A DNA stretch of 64,000 bases from Negaprion brevirostris (taxonomy: Eukaryota). The notes beneath the pieces were generated by a model. It saw only the letters and a program-made list of their open reading frames with translations. It was not told where the DNA came from and ran no database searches. This document shows positions 25,791-37,419 of this stretch, piece after piece. Each line of letters starts with the position of its first letter. The stretch's first letter is position 1. The stretch is from positions 19,486,929 to 19,550,928 of the forward strand of contig JARDVH010000164.1 of the NCBI GenBank assembly GCA_030324005.1, read 5' to 3'. Both the position numbers and the translations under genes were made by a program.

Positions 25791-26363
25791 TTTTCCAGAG
25801 GAGATTCCAATAAACTAGATTAGTAGGAATCTCGTTCAATGACCATTGTGGGAATAGATCTTCTCCGCAAAAGTGAAAGGCAGCTAAGCTTTCAACTTGA
25901 ACAAATTTCCGATGCCCCAGAGGATATCGGCACACCTTGTCCCATCCAGACACACAGACCTGGAGATCCTGAATCTGGTCTTGTAGGCTGAGCTACATTA
26001 GGTGATCTCAGCAGGATTGCAACCGACTTCCTTGGCTAGGCAATAGGAAAGTCACTGTGGTTTCTCACTTCTCATTGCTATTCAGATATGTCCCTACTGG
26101 AAAGCACCAGCATGTCAATAATATTGTATATTGTATTGAGCTGGATTGTGATGCTATACAAAGTCAAGCAGCTTCTTCTCTAGGTTTGCACATTAAGGAA
26201 TTTGAACAAAGTACAATATGCTTGCTAGAATGTGACCTGACAATTTAATAACAGGAAGAGAGGATTTGGAGAACTTTCCTTTTTGAAACAAATCCTTATA
26301 CGTGACATCAAGTTGGATTGTGTGTAAATTATGATGCCATAAAAACACTGATTTTTATCTCAC

Positions 26364-26559
26364 CAACATTAGTTTCAACTTCAATGTTCTCTATTTCTTT
26401 CCATATTTTTTTCTCCATGTTAATGATGACATGATTCAGTTTCTTTTCCACATGTTTTATGTCATGGAGCTCCGAGTTCATTTTCTGTCCTGCTTCTAAT
26501 TTGTCAAGTTTCACGGACAGCTGGTTAATCCTCTCCTCAATTGATTTCTCGCTACTTTC
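26364..26559 (-). CDS. FAM81A: FAM81A-like coding exon (ESSEKSIEERINQLSVKLDKLEAGQK...EVETNV)
   Basis: 196 nt, tAG acceptor and GTGAG donor, phase 0 to 1. Resembles FAM81A [24 protein letters not shown]. Confidence 0.9.
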
Positions 26560-26634
26560 CTAACACAAACAGAAAGTCACATCTCCATAACAGAAAACAA
26601 ACTGACAGTTAGTCACAAGAATACATCCAGATCT

Positions 26635-27060
26635 GGCACGAAGGAAGATGGCTGTGGTGACTGGTGGTCAACGATCTCAGCTGCAGGACATCACTGCAGG
26701 AGTCCTTCAGGGTAGTGTCCTAGGCCCAACCATCTCCAGCTGCTTCATCAATGACTTTCCTTCCATCATAAGGTCAGAAGTGGGGATATTCGCTGATGAC
26801 TGCACGAAGTTCAGCACCATTCTCAACTTACATACTGAAGCAGTCCATCTCCAATTACAATTAAAGCCAGACAATATCCTGGCTTTGGCTGACAATTGGC
26901 AAGTAGCATTCATACCATAAAAATGCCAGGCAGTGACCACCTACAATAGGAGAGAATCTAACCATTGTCCCTTGGCATTCAATGGCATTATCTTCATTGA
27001 ATTCCGCATTATCAACATCCTGCAGGTTACCATTGACCAGAAACCGATCTGGACTGTGCA
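26635..27060 (+). mobile_element. LINE reverse-transcriptase fragment (CR1/L2 group)
   Basis: GVLQGSVLGPTISSCFIND...IFADDC RT motifs. Confidence 0.9.
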
Positions 27061-27069
27061 CATAAGTAT

Positions 27070-27312
27070 GCATGGGGATCAGTTAGCTCAGTTGGCTGGA
27101 CAACTGGTTCATAATGCAGAGTGATGCCAACAGCACAGGTTATATTCCTGTGTTGACTGAGGCTATTCATAAAGGCCCTGCCTTTTCAACTTTCCCCCTT
27201 CTCAACTTTTCCCCTTCCCTGAGGTGTGGTGACCCTCAAGTTAAATTGCCCCCAGTCAGCTCTCACCCTCTAAAGTGCCTCTGGTCGTCTGGAGCTATGG
27301 CGACCTTAGCTT
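27070..27312 (+). mobile_element. tRNA-derived SINE, distinct from HE1
   Basis: A-box-like tagctcagttgg head; its tail (ctatggcgaccttagctt) recurs antisense near 17700. Confidence 0.6.
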
Positions 27313-27497
27313 ACATATGTATATGTACATAATTGTTGTACTTAATAAATACATACAGTTAACCTACTTTACATATNNNNNNNNNNNNNNNNNNNNNNNN
27401 NNNNNNNNNNNNNNNNNNNNNNNNNNNNNNNNNNNNNNNNNNNNNNNNNNNNNNNNNNNNNNNNNNNNNNNNNNNNNNNNNNNNNNNNNNNNNNNNN

Positions 27498-27588
27498 CAA
27501 TTCCTGCTCCTTTTTAGTTAGTTTCTGTTCCAAGTGGGAACAACTGGACAAAACCTGATCCTTGAGGTCTTCAGTTATGCTCTTCATC
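27498..27588 (-). CDS. FAM81A: FAM81A-like coding exon, 3' part lost in a gap (MKSITEDLKDQVLSSCSHLEQKLTKKEQEL...)
   Basis: Acceptor at 27590-27589; phase 2 matches the upstream donor. Resembles [30 protein letters not shown]. About 15 codons are expected within the gap at 27377-27497. Confidence 0.85.
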
Positions 27589-28019
27589 CTTTGGAAGATA
27601 ATTTGTGAGATTTTCAGGCAACTTAGAACAAAAGAGCAAATAAAGCAGAGTTGTGTATTGCTATGAGTTGTACCTGTCTGACTTATGACACATCCATTGC
27701 AATCCTCACAGATCTACTCAATGGGGATATCTTGATCGGCAGGGGATCCCAATGTCAATGGTGGCAGGGTGAGGGTGACAGGAGATCTCCCGATAGACTG
27801 CACAATGACACTCCAAGATCTCAGCAGCTAGTTTCACCAGTGAGATCAGGCTCTCTCTTCATCCCCCCACCAGCAAGAATCACACTCTGTCTCTTTTTAA
27901 CTAAGTGCCTCATCATTGCAACTGGGAGCTCGCCCAAGTATTGGTGCAATTCTCTCCTGTTTCACATTCGTTCAGCACTTAGAATCTTTTTCATAAAATT
28001 CCACCCAACCTTTCCAATT

Positions 28020-28310
28020 AAGTTTATTTGTTAGTGTCACAAGTAGGCTTACGTTAACTGCAATGAAATTGCTGTGAAAATCCCCTAGTTGCCACGTTCC
28101 GGCACCTGTTTGGATACACTGAGGGAGAACTTAGCATGGCCAATGCACCTAACCAGTATGTCTTTCAGACTGTGGGAGGAACCTGGAGCACCTGGAGAAA
28201 ACCCAGGCAGACATGGGAAGAACATGCAAACTATGCACCGACAGTAACCTAAGCCAGGAATCAAACCCAAGTCCCTGGTGCTGTGAGGCAGCAATGCTAA
28301 TCACTGTACC
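28020..28310 (-). mobile_element. HE1-head SINE, alternative-tail subfamily
   Basis: Antisense head and V-domain; tail ...ctaggggattttcacagcaatttcattgcagttaacgtaagcctacttgtgacactaacaaataaact. Confidence 0.85.
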
Positions 28311-28701
28311 AGGTACAATGAGCTGAATGCCCTCCTTCTTTGCAGCGTGGATCTGTGATAAATCAACCCTGTATTCATCTTGTTCTAAACTCAGAGTATG
28401 TCTTTTCATTGTGAAATCCCTCCTAAACCTACATGAACAGAGCCTGTGGACTATACAGCCAGATCCACCAACACAGCAACTGGAGAACTTGGAGCACAGG
28501 TGAGGGGACAAACAGGCTTCTCTGAAAGAGAGCAGGACTACAGGGGACTCTCAAAGTAAAAGGGGAGGGCGGGAGAGGATAGGCTGTTTGGAGGGCAGTC
28601 AGGATGTTCATTGCCTGGTTACCATATGGCCAAGTGCTTGTAGATCACTCACCCCCAAGGCTCGGTGAGTTACTCCGATGGAGTGTGAAATGGACACTCA
28701 C

Positions 28702-28808
28702 CTAATATCCAGCAGATGGGGCTGTTCGCTGTTCTGTTCCCTTGTAAGCTTGATCTTCATTTGTTGCTCTCTAATAGATTCTTCAACTCTCTTTAAAAGT
28801 TCTGAAAT
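28702..28808 (-). CDS. FAM81A: FAM81A-like coding exon (ISELLKRVEESIREQQMKIKLTREQNSEQPHLLDI)
   Basis: 107 nt, caacAG acceptor and GTGAGT donor. Resembles [35 protein letters not shown]. Absent from the ORF track. Confidence 0.9.
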
Positions 28809-28874
28809 CTGTTGAAAAATCGATACAGTGCAAAATAAACATAATGGGGTCGGAATTGTGCCATGCTCACTTAA

Positions 28875-29165
28875 GGTGGTACAGTGGCACAGCGGTTAGC
28901 ACTGCTGCCTCACAGCTCCAGGGACCCAGGTCCGATTCCTAGCTTGGGTCAGTGTGGAGTTTGTATACTCTCCCAGTGTCTGCATGGATTCTTTCNNNNN
29001 NNNNNNNNNNNNNNNNNNNNNNNNNNNNNNNNNNNNNNNNNNNNNNNTAAATTCTCTCTCACTATATCCAAACAGGTGCTGGAGTGTGGCAAGTAGGGGA
29101 TTTTCACAGTAACTTCATTGCAGTGTTAATGTCAGCCTGCTTGTGACTAATAAATAAACTTTAAG
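28875..29165 (+). mobile_element. HE1-head SINE, alternative-tail subfamily
   Basis: Head plus tail ...cttcattgcagtgttaatgtcagcctgcttgtgactaataaataaact. Confidence 0.85.
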
Positions 29166-29379
29166 GATGCTAAATATAACAGCTTGAATATATTAAGTAG
29201 AGAAATCGGTCCCTTGTCTCATTAATATTGAATATTTGGGATACCAGCTTTAAGTTGTTCACTGGTACGTCCTCTAATCAGGACCTTGAGAATAGTGTGT
29301 CTGTGATGCTATTTAGAGGCAGCCTTGCATCTCTTAAGAGGGAGGCAGTTTGATTGCAGCTCTCTTGAGCCTGCCTGGG

Positions 29380-30690
29380 CACTGCAGACATGCCTGAAAC
29401 AGATGCTAAATGCTGCCCATCCCTCCGAATGCTCAGATGCTGCCGCAGTGTGGGGGTGGTCTTACCTGGTGGGAGAGGCAAGCGCTGTTCCCACTGCAGT
29501 TACTGAAGAGGATCCAGATTAGTGGCCTGGTAGCAGAGGCTCAGGTTGGAAGTCAATGATCGAGGACTGCAACCAGGGCAAGAAGATCAACAGGCTGAGA
29601 AGGTTGCTGTGCTCGGGCTCAGGACTCAGTCTACCCTGCTCTCTTGTTTTCCCCTCTATGCTACCTGTAGCCCCACAGCTCACAGACCTTCCCTCTCTGC
29701 TTGTCAATCAGTATACTGCACCTCCTCCTGATTCTATTCACACAGTCTGCCTCTCCCACTCTGTTGCATCCATCATTTCCCACATCACTGCCACCATTCT
29801 CACCATTCACCCATGATGTGCACAGCGTCAAGGCATCTCATTCAGCAACAACCAACACACCCGCTTCCATCCCCTGTGGCAACTGGTGCATAATATGAGG
29901 AAGCAGATGGACACAGGAGCAGGGGCAGCCTACATTCACATCCTGTGTCCACATTAGGAGGAGATCCTGGACATTATGGGCAATGGTTGAGTCAGACCTG
30001 CCCACTAGTGAGTTTGGAGGATGGGTCGCACAGATATCTCGTTCTCTTACTCTCTTTTTTATTTCCTTCCCCCACTAATATCGCTTTGCACATTCTCCAC
30101 AACCTTCAGCAGCTACTTTCACCTCTCTCTCTCTCTCTCTTTCCTGCATACTCTCAGCAATAACACAACAAGTAGAAGCAGGAATAGGCCACCCTGAGGC
30201 CCTTCAAGCCTGCCTTGCCATTCAATACGATAACGACTAATCTATGCCAGCTTCAACTCTTTTTCTGCCCCAAAGCCCTCTATTCCTCGATCTATCAAAT
30301 ATTTATCCACCTTCACTTTAAATATTTCCAATGATCCAGCCTTCACTATCCTTTGGGGCAGAGAATTCCAGAGATTCACCACCCTCTGTGAGAAGATATT
30401 TCTAAGCATCTCAGTTTTAAATGACTGGCTCTTTATCTTGTAGACGGTCCCTGCTCCTTTAATTTAGGCTCAGAAGTTCTACTGGGACCCCAGCAGCAGA
30501 GGAGGAGAATGGCATTATGAAAGAGGCATCATTCAATCTTACCCTGGCAGATACCAGCACAGATACTAGTGCACCCAGCCTAGTTCACAGTTAGGTCTGA
30601 TGGACCTGGGCAGAGATAAACCGAGCATTCATGAATCTAAGGGCAGGATCAATGCAAAAAGCAGCCTCCTCCAAAGAAGTACTAACTGTG
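29380..30690 (+). mobile_element. Degenerate Harbinger-type Myb/SANT-like ORF relic, interrupted by an antisense CR1 tail (about 30165-30445)
   Basis: Broken translation CSDA..ERQALFP..VAEA..RT..QGKKINRL, then LVHNMRKQMDTGAGAAYIHILCPH*EEILDIMG (29883-29985), resembling the HN.RE...TGGG...L.P.EE..L..G motif of Harbinger Myb/SANT proteins. Confidence 0.5.
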
Positions 30691-30920
30691 AACTAGCACT
30701 GCTGCCTCACAGTGCTAGGGGCCTGGGTTCGATTCCTGCTTAGGTCACTGTCTGCATGGAGTTTGCACGTTCTCCCCGTGTCCGCATAGGTTTCCTCTGG
30801 GTGCTCCAGTTTCCTACCACAGACCAAAGATGTGCGGGTTAGGTGGATTGGCCATGCTAAATTGCCCTTTAGTGTCAATGGGACTAGCTAGGGTAAATGC
30901 ATGGGGTTATAGGGATAGGG
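30690..30920 (+). mobile_element. HE1 SINE, 3' truncated
   Basis: Canonical head and V-domain. Confidence 0.85.
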
Positions 30921-31299
30921 CATGAGTGCTAACCAACCACTACTGGGAATGTACTTCACATATAATTAACAGCTCTTTAGCAAGGCACCAGAGAACGGTC
31001 TGTGTGACAATATCTCAGCATGGGTTCAAAGTAATCAAGAGAGGGAGGAAATTGGTGCAGAAAAATAAATTGCAATGAACCTCTCCAAAATGTTGAATGA
31101 TTCTTGGGTAACTCAATAAGCTTCTTTTTTAATGCAAATACTTTAAGCAGTACTCATGATTATAATAAATTGACTTGAATTCTTTCTTTCCCTGGTAATT
31201 ACTATGTAAGACTGGTAATGCACCATGCAGACACTGAGACACAATTTCCTCGGAGCATTCTGCTGTTTCTGTGGGATCCTGTCAATTCCACTGGGATCA

Positions 31300-31695
31300 G
31301 CAGTGGCTCAGTGGCTGACATCCTGTCCCTCGGCTGAAGGTTGGCGGTTCATGGCCCACTCTAGAGCATCGAACGCGTAGTCAAGCCTGACACTCCAGTG
31401 CAGTACTGAGGGAATGTCGCACTGTTGACGGTGCCGTCCTGTAACTGAGATGTCAAATTGAGGTTCCACCTCCCATTGCAGGCGGAAGGAAAAAATCTCA
31501 CAGCTCTATTTCAAAGGAGTTCTCCTCAGTGTCTTTCAGCCAAAATTGGGACAAACCAGATGACCTGGTCACGATCACATTGCTGTTTATGGGGCCTTAC
31601 TGTGTCTCCTACATTACAATGCTACTGTACTTTGAAAGTATTTCAATGGCAGCCTTGGGGATGTGAAAGGTGCTACATAAATGCAAGATTTTCTT
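31300..31695 (+). mobile_element. DeuSINE (SacSINE1-like), near full length
   Basis: tRNA-like head, cagtgcagtactgagggaatg.cgcactgt...ggtgccgtc core, and L2-like tail gtgaaaggtgctacataaatgcaag. Confidence 0.75.
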
Positions 31696-31767
31696 GTTTA
31701 CTCCTGCTGAACTTACAGTGGGAATCACTGGTAAAGCTGTCAGATTCTGACACATACCTGTGATTTA

Positions 31768-31840
31768 AGAACATAAGAACATAAGAAATAGGAGCAGGAG
31801 TAGGCCATCCAGCCCTTCAAGCCTGCCCCGCCATTCAATA
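31768..31840 (-). mobile_element. CR1 3' terminus
   Basis: aagaacataagaacataagaaataggagcaggagtaggccat, running into a gap. Confidence 0.8.
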
Positions 31841-32178
31841 NNNNNNNNNNNNNNNNNNNNNNNNNNNNNNNNNNNNNNNNNNNNNNNNNNNNNNNNNNNN
31901 NNNNNNNNNNNNNNNNNNNNNNNNNNNNNNNNNNNNNNNNAATCTGAAGACTTCCTTTATGCTTATTAAATAAACAGTAATAATAATTTATGCCCCAGCG
32001 TTAGAACCGTTCACCAACAATAATGTAATCATTTCCTTGTGTTAAATATTTACACAGAGTTGCTGAACAATGCGCCATTCACAGAAATTGTAAATCTATA
32101 CGGATGAATTCAAAGCTGCGCTCTGTACAAGGTTAAATGGCGCTAAAATTCTCAAAAGGTTAGTTAGCAATCCTGGAA

Positions 32179-32252
32179 CCAATGTAACCTGGTGCGAGAA
32201 GAGGGAGACTTCCGTGCTTAAAAGTGAAACGGAAAGTCAGTTCCAGGTGAGT
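32179..32252 (+). promoter_or_regulatory. Candidate interferon-responsive promoter or enhancer (CCAAT, ETS/kB-like, ISRE) with splice donor
   Basis: CCAAT at 32179, GGGAGACTTCC/ACTTCCG at 32203-32214, AAAGTGAAACGGAAAGT at 32221-32237 and CAG|GTGAGT at 32244-32252, in locally CpG-enriched sequence not recognised as a repeat. Confidence 0.4.
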
Positions 32253-32534
32253 TGTGGACTTTGACTGGGAACAGTTTCAGCACGATATAAACGATGACTA
32301 GTTTTTAAAGAGACATTTCAGAAAAAAAATACAGTTCTCAATAGGCAAAAAGTTCACATGGTGACGATATCTTGGTTCTGTTTAAACATTTTATGAACCA
32401 AACTTTGTGTTTCATTGCACATTTTCAAAATAATTATTGTAGATTTTTACTAGTGGCCAAGGGGTCAAAACTGTTTCCTTTATGAAAGGGACGTCACCTT
32501 TAAATGAAAATCTTTCGGGGTTACATACAAATAT

Positions 32535-32805
32535 GGAGAAACTAGAAGCAGGAGTAGGCCATTCGGCCCTACAAACCTGCTCCACCATTCATTTTGATGA
32601 TGGCTGACCATCAAATTCAAAGGACGGGAATTTCCAGCCACGCTCACCTCAAAACCGGAAAATCCCACTAGAGGTCAATGGGTCTTTGCATGGTCCACCC
32701 TCTTTGCCTACTACGATTCCTGTGGCAGGTGGGACAGAAAAATTCCATCCAATATCTTGATCCCACCTGCACCCCCACTGATATTCCTTGATCTCTTTAG
32801 CCTCA
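32535..32805 (-). mobile_element. CR1 3' tail with an inserted MITE (about 32621-32750)
   Basis: The CR1 tail caaattcaa|tatc is split by an element bounded by ggacgggaatttcc and gaaaaattccatcc. Confidence 0.75.
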
Positions 32806-32807
32806 AG

Positions 32808-33060
32808 GCTTGCATTAACACTGTAATGAAGTTACTGTGAAATTCCCCTAATTGCCACACTCCGGTGCCTTTTTGGGTACACTGAGGCAGAATTTAACAC
32901 GGCCAATACACCTATCCAGCATGTCTTTTGGACATGAGGAAACTGGAGCACCCGGAGGAAACCCATGCAGACACAGGAAGATTGTGCAGACTCCACACAG
33001 ACAGTGACCCAAGCTGGGAATCAAACTGTGAGGCAGTAGTGCTAACCACTGTGCCACCCT
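32808..33060 (-). mobile_element. HE1-head SINE, alternative-tail subfamily
   Basis: Antisense copy with the gcattaacactgtaatgaagttactgtgaaa tail. Confidence 0.85.
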
Positions 33061-34314
33061 CTAAAACAGGCAGATGGAATCTCAGTTTAATGTCTAACCC
33101 AAAAAATGCCAACTCCAGCTCCCTCAGTACTGCAGGGAAGTGAGAGCCCTTGTGTACAACTCCCAGTTGTGGGACCGGAATGAAATCTTTATTTTGCCTC
33201 TTTTATGTGTTCCAACCAGGTGAATTCTTTACTCACAATGAGGCTAATTTTGACTTTGAACATTTGTGAAGAGTGGAATCTGGAGAGCTGCATAATGGAC
33301 AGCTGGTAGGATGTTGGCCCAAGGTAAAATTACCACCAATATGCCCAGGTCCCCCCAGAGACCTTCATACAAAAGTATTGTCTAACAACAGGGTGTTAAT
33401 TACATTTTTCTAATATGAAATAAATATAACAATTCATAAATAGGACATGTGGATTAGTTACATAGTCAGCATGAGCCATGAAAGACAGAACCGGTTAGCC
33501 AAGTGCAATAGCAATACCACAAACAGTGTTAGTGACATCAAAACAGTCAATTATCAAATTAATGAAATACTGTTTTACTAACAGAAAGCAAGATCTCATT
33601 TGGAAAAGCGATTGAAAATGGAATTCTTTGCCAATCAGCTACCATATATTCACAGGGCAAGAGCTTGACTTTTAACTAAGAATACTGTGGCAACATCACT
33701 TGGATTGTGACCTAGGTGCTAAATTCCTGGAGCGATGGAGGATGGTTCTGTGTCAGGCAGCCTGCAAAAGAAAAGAAAGTCTCGCCACTTAGATAGCGAC
33801 CACAGGATGTCTCAGAGCGTAACATCAGAATGTAAGGAAGTGTGGAGAGGATTTGGACACTTGTTCTTTGTGGCTCTTACACAGATCCTGACACTTGCAG
33901 GGGCTGGCTTGTGAAATTACCCCAAAAATTTGGCCGGTGCTTTATTGCAGAATATAAATAAGAAAAATATGTCAGAACCCATTTTGCAACTAGAACTAAT
34001 CGCAGAGCTGAGGTGAGCAAAGCAGGCACCAAGATATTTAAAGCAGACTGACTCTGAGATTTCAGCTGGGGTCAGAGTCCGCATTGTGTGGATGATTGGA
34101 GGGNNNNNNNNNNNNNNNNNNNNNNNNNNNNNNNNNNNNNNNNNNNNNNNNNNNNNNNNNNNNNNNNNNNNNNNNNNNNNNNNNNNNNNNNNNNNNNNNN
34201 NNTTTCAGGATCAGTGGCTCAGATTTTCCAATAAATGATGAAGGAATGGTACCCGACATTCCAAACGCTTGCACGTCCAACCCATTTTGGCTGAACATTT
34301 TTTGTAGGGACCTG

Positions 34315-34525
34315 GGACTTTCTGATGAAGGGTCAGGCAGGAACTTCCATCCTCACGGGGCCCCAAATTCCAGAAATTCCCACCCGAGCTCAACGGACCT
34401 AAAACTGGGGCTGCCGAATTCTCCACCTCGCCCATTACGATTCCCCCAGCCGGCAGGACGGGGAATTTTCAACCCCTGTTCCTCCACAGACACTGCCTGA
34501 CCTGTTGAGTATTTCCAGCTGCTTT
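34315..34525 (+). mobile_element. Penelope-associated repeat (family 2) split by a MITE (about 34335-34475)
   Basis: ctgatgaagggtca, then the MITE, then ctgtttcctccacagacactgcctgacctgttgagtatttccagc. Confidence 0.6.
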
Positions 34526-34949
34526 TACGACAGCTGGTTTCCTTTGTGCGCTTTGCAAGGCTTCCATTTATTTATCTTTAGTGAATGAGTCAAACAGCAG
34601 CTAGTCTGGTTTTTATTGTTGACTTCACTATTGTGAACATCCACAGCGTCAGATGATTTCCACAGGAACAATTATCCTGTGATCTCCAAGGAGCGTAAAG
34701 GCTGAAGATTGGGGTTTTAAGTGAGGCCAATGAAAAATAGCTCCAAAAATAAGTCTTGTCTTTGAAGCACGAGCTCTGTAGGTTGAGTGACGTTTGAGTT
34801 TTCCAAAGAATGAACAGCCAACATGTCATAAGTGATATTTATAAATCAGTGCGATGGCACTTATAGCAAATTTAATTAAACAGATGAAGATATTATTGGG
34901 TATGATGCTTGTTTTACATTAGAATTGCAGTGCTGGTATGAAGCTCAAA

Positions 34950-35265
34950 GAATCATAGAATCCAGCAGTGCTGAAGGACTCACCCCTCGAGTCTGCACTG
35001 ACCACAATCCCACCCACACCCTATTTCCAAAACCTCACATAACTACCCTACTAATCCTCTAACACAAGACTCAATTTAGCATGCCCAATCAACCTAACCC
35101 ACACATCTTTGGTCTATGGGAGGGAACAGGAGTACCCGGAGGAAACCCATGCAAACACAGAGAGAACATGCATACTCCTCACCAACAGTGACCCAAGGCC
35201 AGAATTGAACCCGGGTCCCTAGTACTGTGAGGCAGCAGTGCAAACCATTGTGCCACCATGCCGCT
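34950..35265 (-). mobile_element. HE1 SINE (CR1 tail)
   Basis: Antisense full-length copy. Confidence 0.85.
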
Positions 35266-35615
35266 AGTTCACTTTTCACTGATAAGTAGTCTTAGCGTAA
35301 GTCCCAAGTCAGAGTCCATTTCTGAAGCAAAGCAGAATAACACCCACGGGAAGAGGGAATCTCAGTCCACTTCACCCAATGTCTGCTCAGTCTCCTGACA
35401 CCAGATTTAACAATGAAAATTATCTCTGCTCAGCTTTGGGTCCTTGGAACGTATTACAATAAATTGGGTGAGTTGCCACAATGCCCTGAACTTCCACAGG
35501 CAGCTCACACATTTGACAGAATAAACATTGGTTCATTTTTCTTGATGGCCTTGTTGCATCCATTTTATGCCAGTCCATTCTGAAGCCTAATCTCTACTCC
35601 ATAAATTACAAATTT

Positions 35616-35880
35616 ATGGCACAGCAGTTAGCACTGCTGCCTCACAGCGCCAGGGAACTGGGTTCGATTCCTGGCTTAGCTCACTGTGAGGAGTTTGCAC
35701 GTTCTCCTTGTGTCTACCTGGGTTTCCTCTGGGTGCTCCGGCTTCCTCCCACAGTCCGAATGACGTGCTGGTTAGGTGCATTGGCTATGCTAAATTCTCC
35801 ATCAGTGCATCCGAACAGGCGGCAGAGTGTGGCAACTAGGGGATTTTTGCAGTAATTTCATTGCAGTGTTAATGTAATTA
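35616..35880 (+). mobile_element. HE1-head SINE, alternative-tail subfamily
   Basis: Head followed by aaattctccatcagtgcatccgaacagg...cattgcagtgttaatgtaa. Confidence 0.85.
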
Positions 35881-36770
35881 GTAAACTTCAAAATTTAAAT
35901 TCTTAGCATCAGTGCGGAGTGAATGCTAGCACTACAATTCTGATAGAAATTACGTCTACAGATAATACATCAAAATATCACCATTTTTTATAAGCCAGAA
36001 TGTGCAGTTGCCACTCTTGATAAACAGTGTTTGACAGGTTGGGTACCATCACTTCAGGCCAGTACTTATTGGCAATGGAATTAATCTAATAGTCTTCACA
36101 TTCAGGCTGCTCATCAAACTCATTGAAAAATCTACAGTATCTTTTATCATCTGTATAAGTTTTTAGAAAAAGATCTCATGAAGCCTAACACAACTGCTCA
36201 AGAAATGCAAGGGAATATCCCTGCAAGACAAAGTTAACACTCGACAGAGAAATCATTTGGATTGTTAATTCTATAAACTGTATATTTTCAATTGCTTTTC
36301 CAAATGTGCTCCCGCCTTCGATTATTTTACACATTCAGGAAAATATATGATCAGTTTTTTCAAAATATATTCCTTCATGCAATATGGACAATCGTGGCAA
36401 GGCCAGCATTGTTGCTCATCCCTAATCGCCCTTAAACCAAATGGACTGCCACACCAGTTTGAAGAGCATTTAAGAGACAACCACATTGCTGTGGGTCTGG
36501 AGTCACATGTAGGCCAGACCAGGTAAGGACGGTAGATTTCCTTCCCTCAGAATGTTCACGAATCAGATGGGTTCACGTGTTTCATGGTCACCATTGTACA
36601 GTAACTCAGGAGCTANNNNNNNNNNNNNNNNNNNNNNNNNNNNNNNNNNNNNNNNNNNNNNNNNNNNNNNNNNNNNNNNNNNNNNNNNNNNNNNNNNNNN
36701 NNNNNNNNNNNNNNNACAGTAACTCAGGAGCTAATGGTGTTTTTTTTAATTTAGCATACGTTCTACATTA

Positions 36771-36965
<195 letters not shown>

Positions 36966-37419
36966 TCATCAACTGTTAGACATTTGAGACAAGTACCTAC
37001 AGGGAAATGGTTAATGTACTGTCGGGATAATTTTCCATGTTTGGGATGATTTGTGTACGGAGCCTCATTGTCTCCAGTGATTTTCCACAGCATGCAGCTG
37101 GGTAGGCACAGTTCTTCCGGTATGTACACAAGAAATGTGGATACAGGTCAGCTTGTTCTGCTTTCAACTTGGCACTCTGGCCAGGATGAAAGGTTCCACC
37201 CTCCGATAGCTAATAGGGCTCAGTAAGCAGAACAAGTTTGGACCAGTTTAATACAGTTCCTCGTCAACAAAAGAACCACAACATAAATATGTCTCTACTC
37301 ATTACTGCATAACAATAATTTAATTCTAATACAACAATGAACCCTACTCTTTAGTTGTTAGTGTGTTTTAATGTTTTAATCTTTCCAATATAAATGTCAC
37401 TGGCATGCTTCCATCTATG

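Noticed and set aside
27070-27160. tRNA-like sequences (also the HE1 heads and 60730)
   Set aside because: A and B boxes run into SINE bodies and no intact cloverleaf is evident.
33700-33782. Strong minus-strand acceptor (ttttcttttgcag) in a FAM81 intron
   Set aside because: All three frames stop within about 17 codons, and the flanking FAM81 exons (EGQ|ISEL) are already contiguous by homology.
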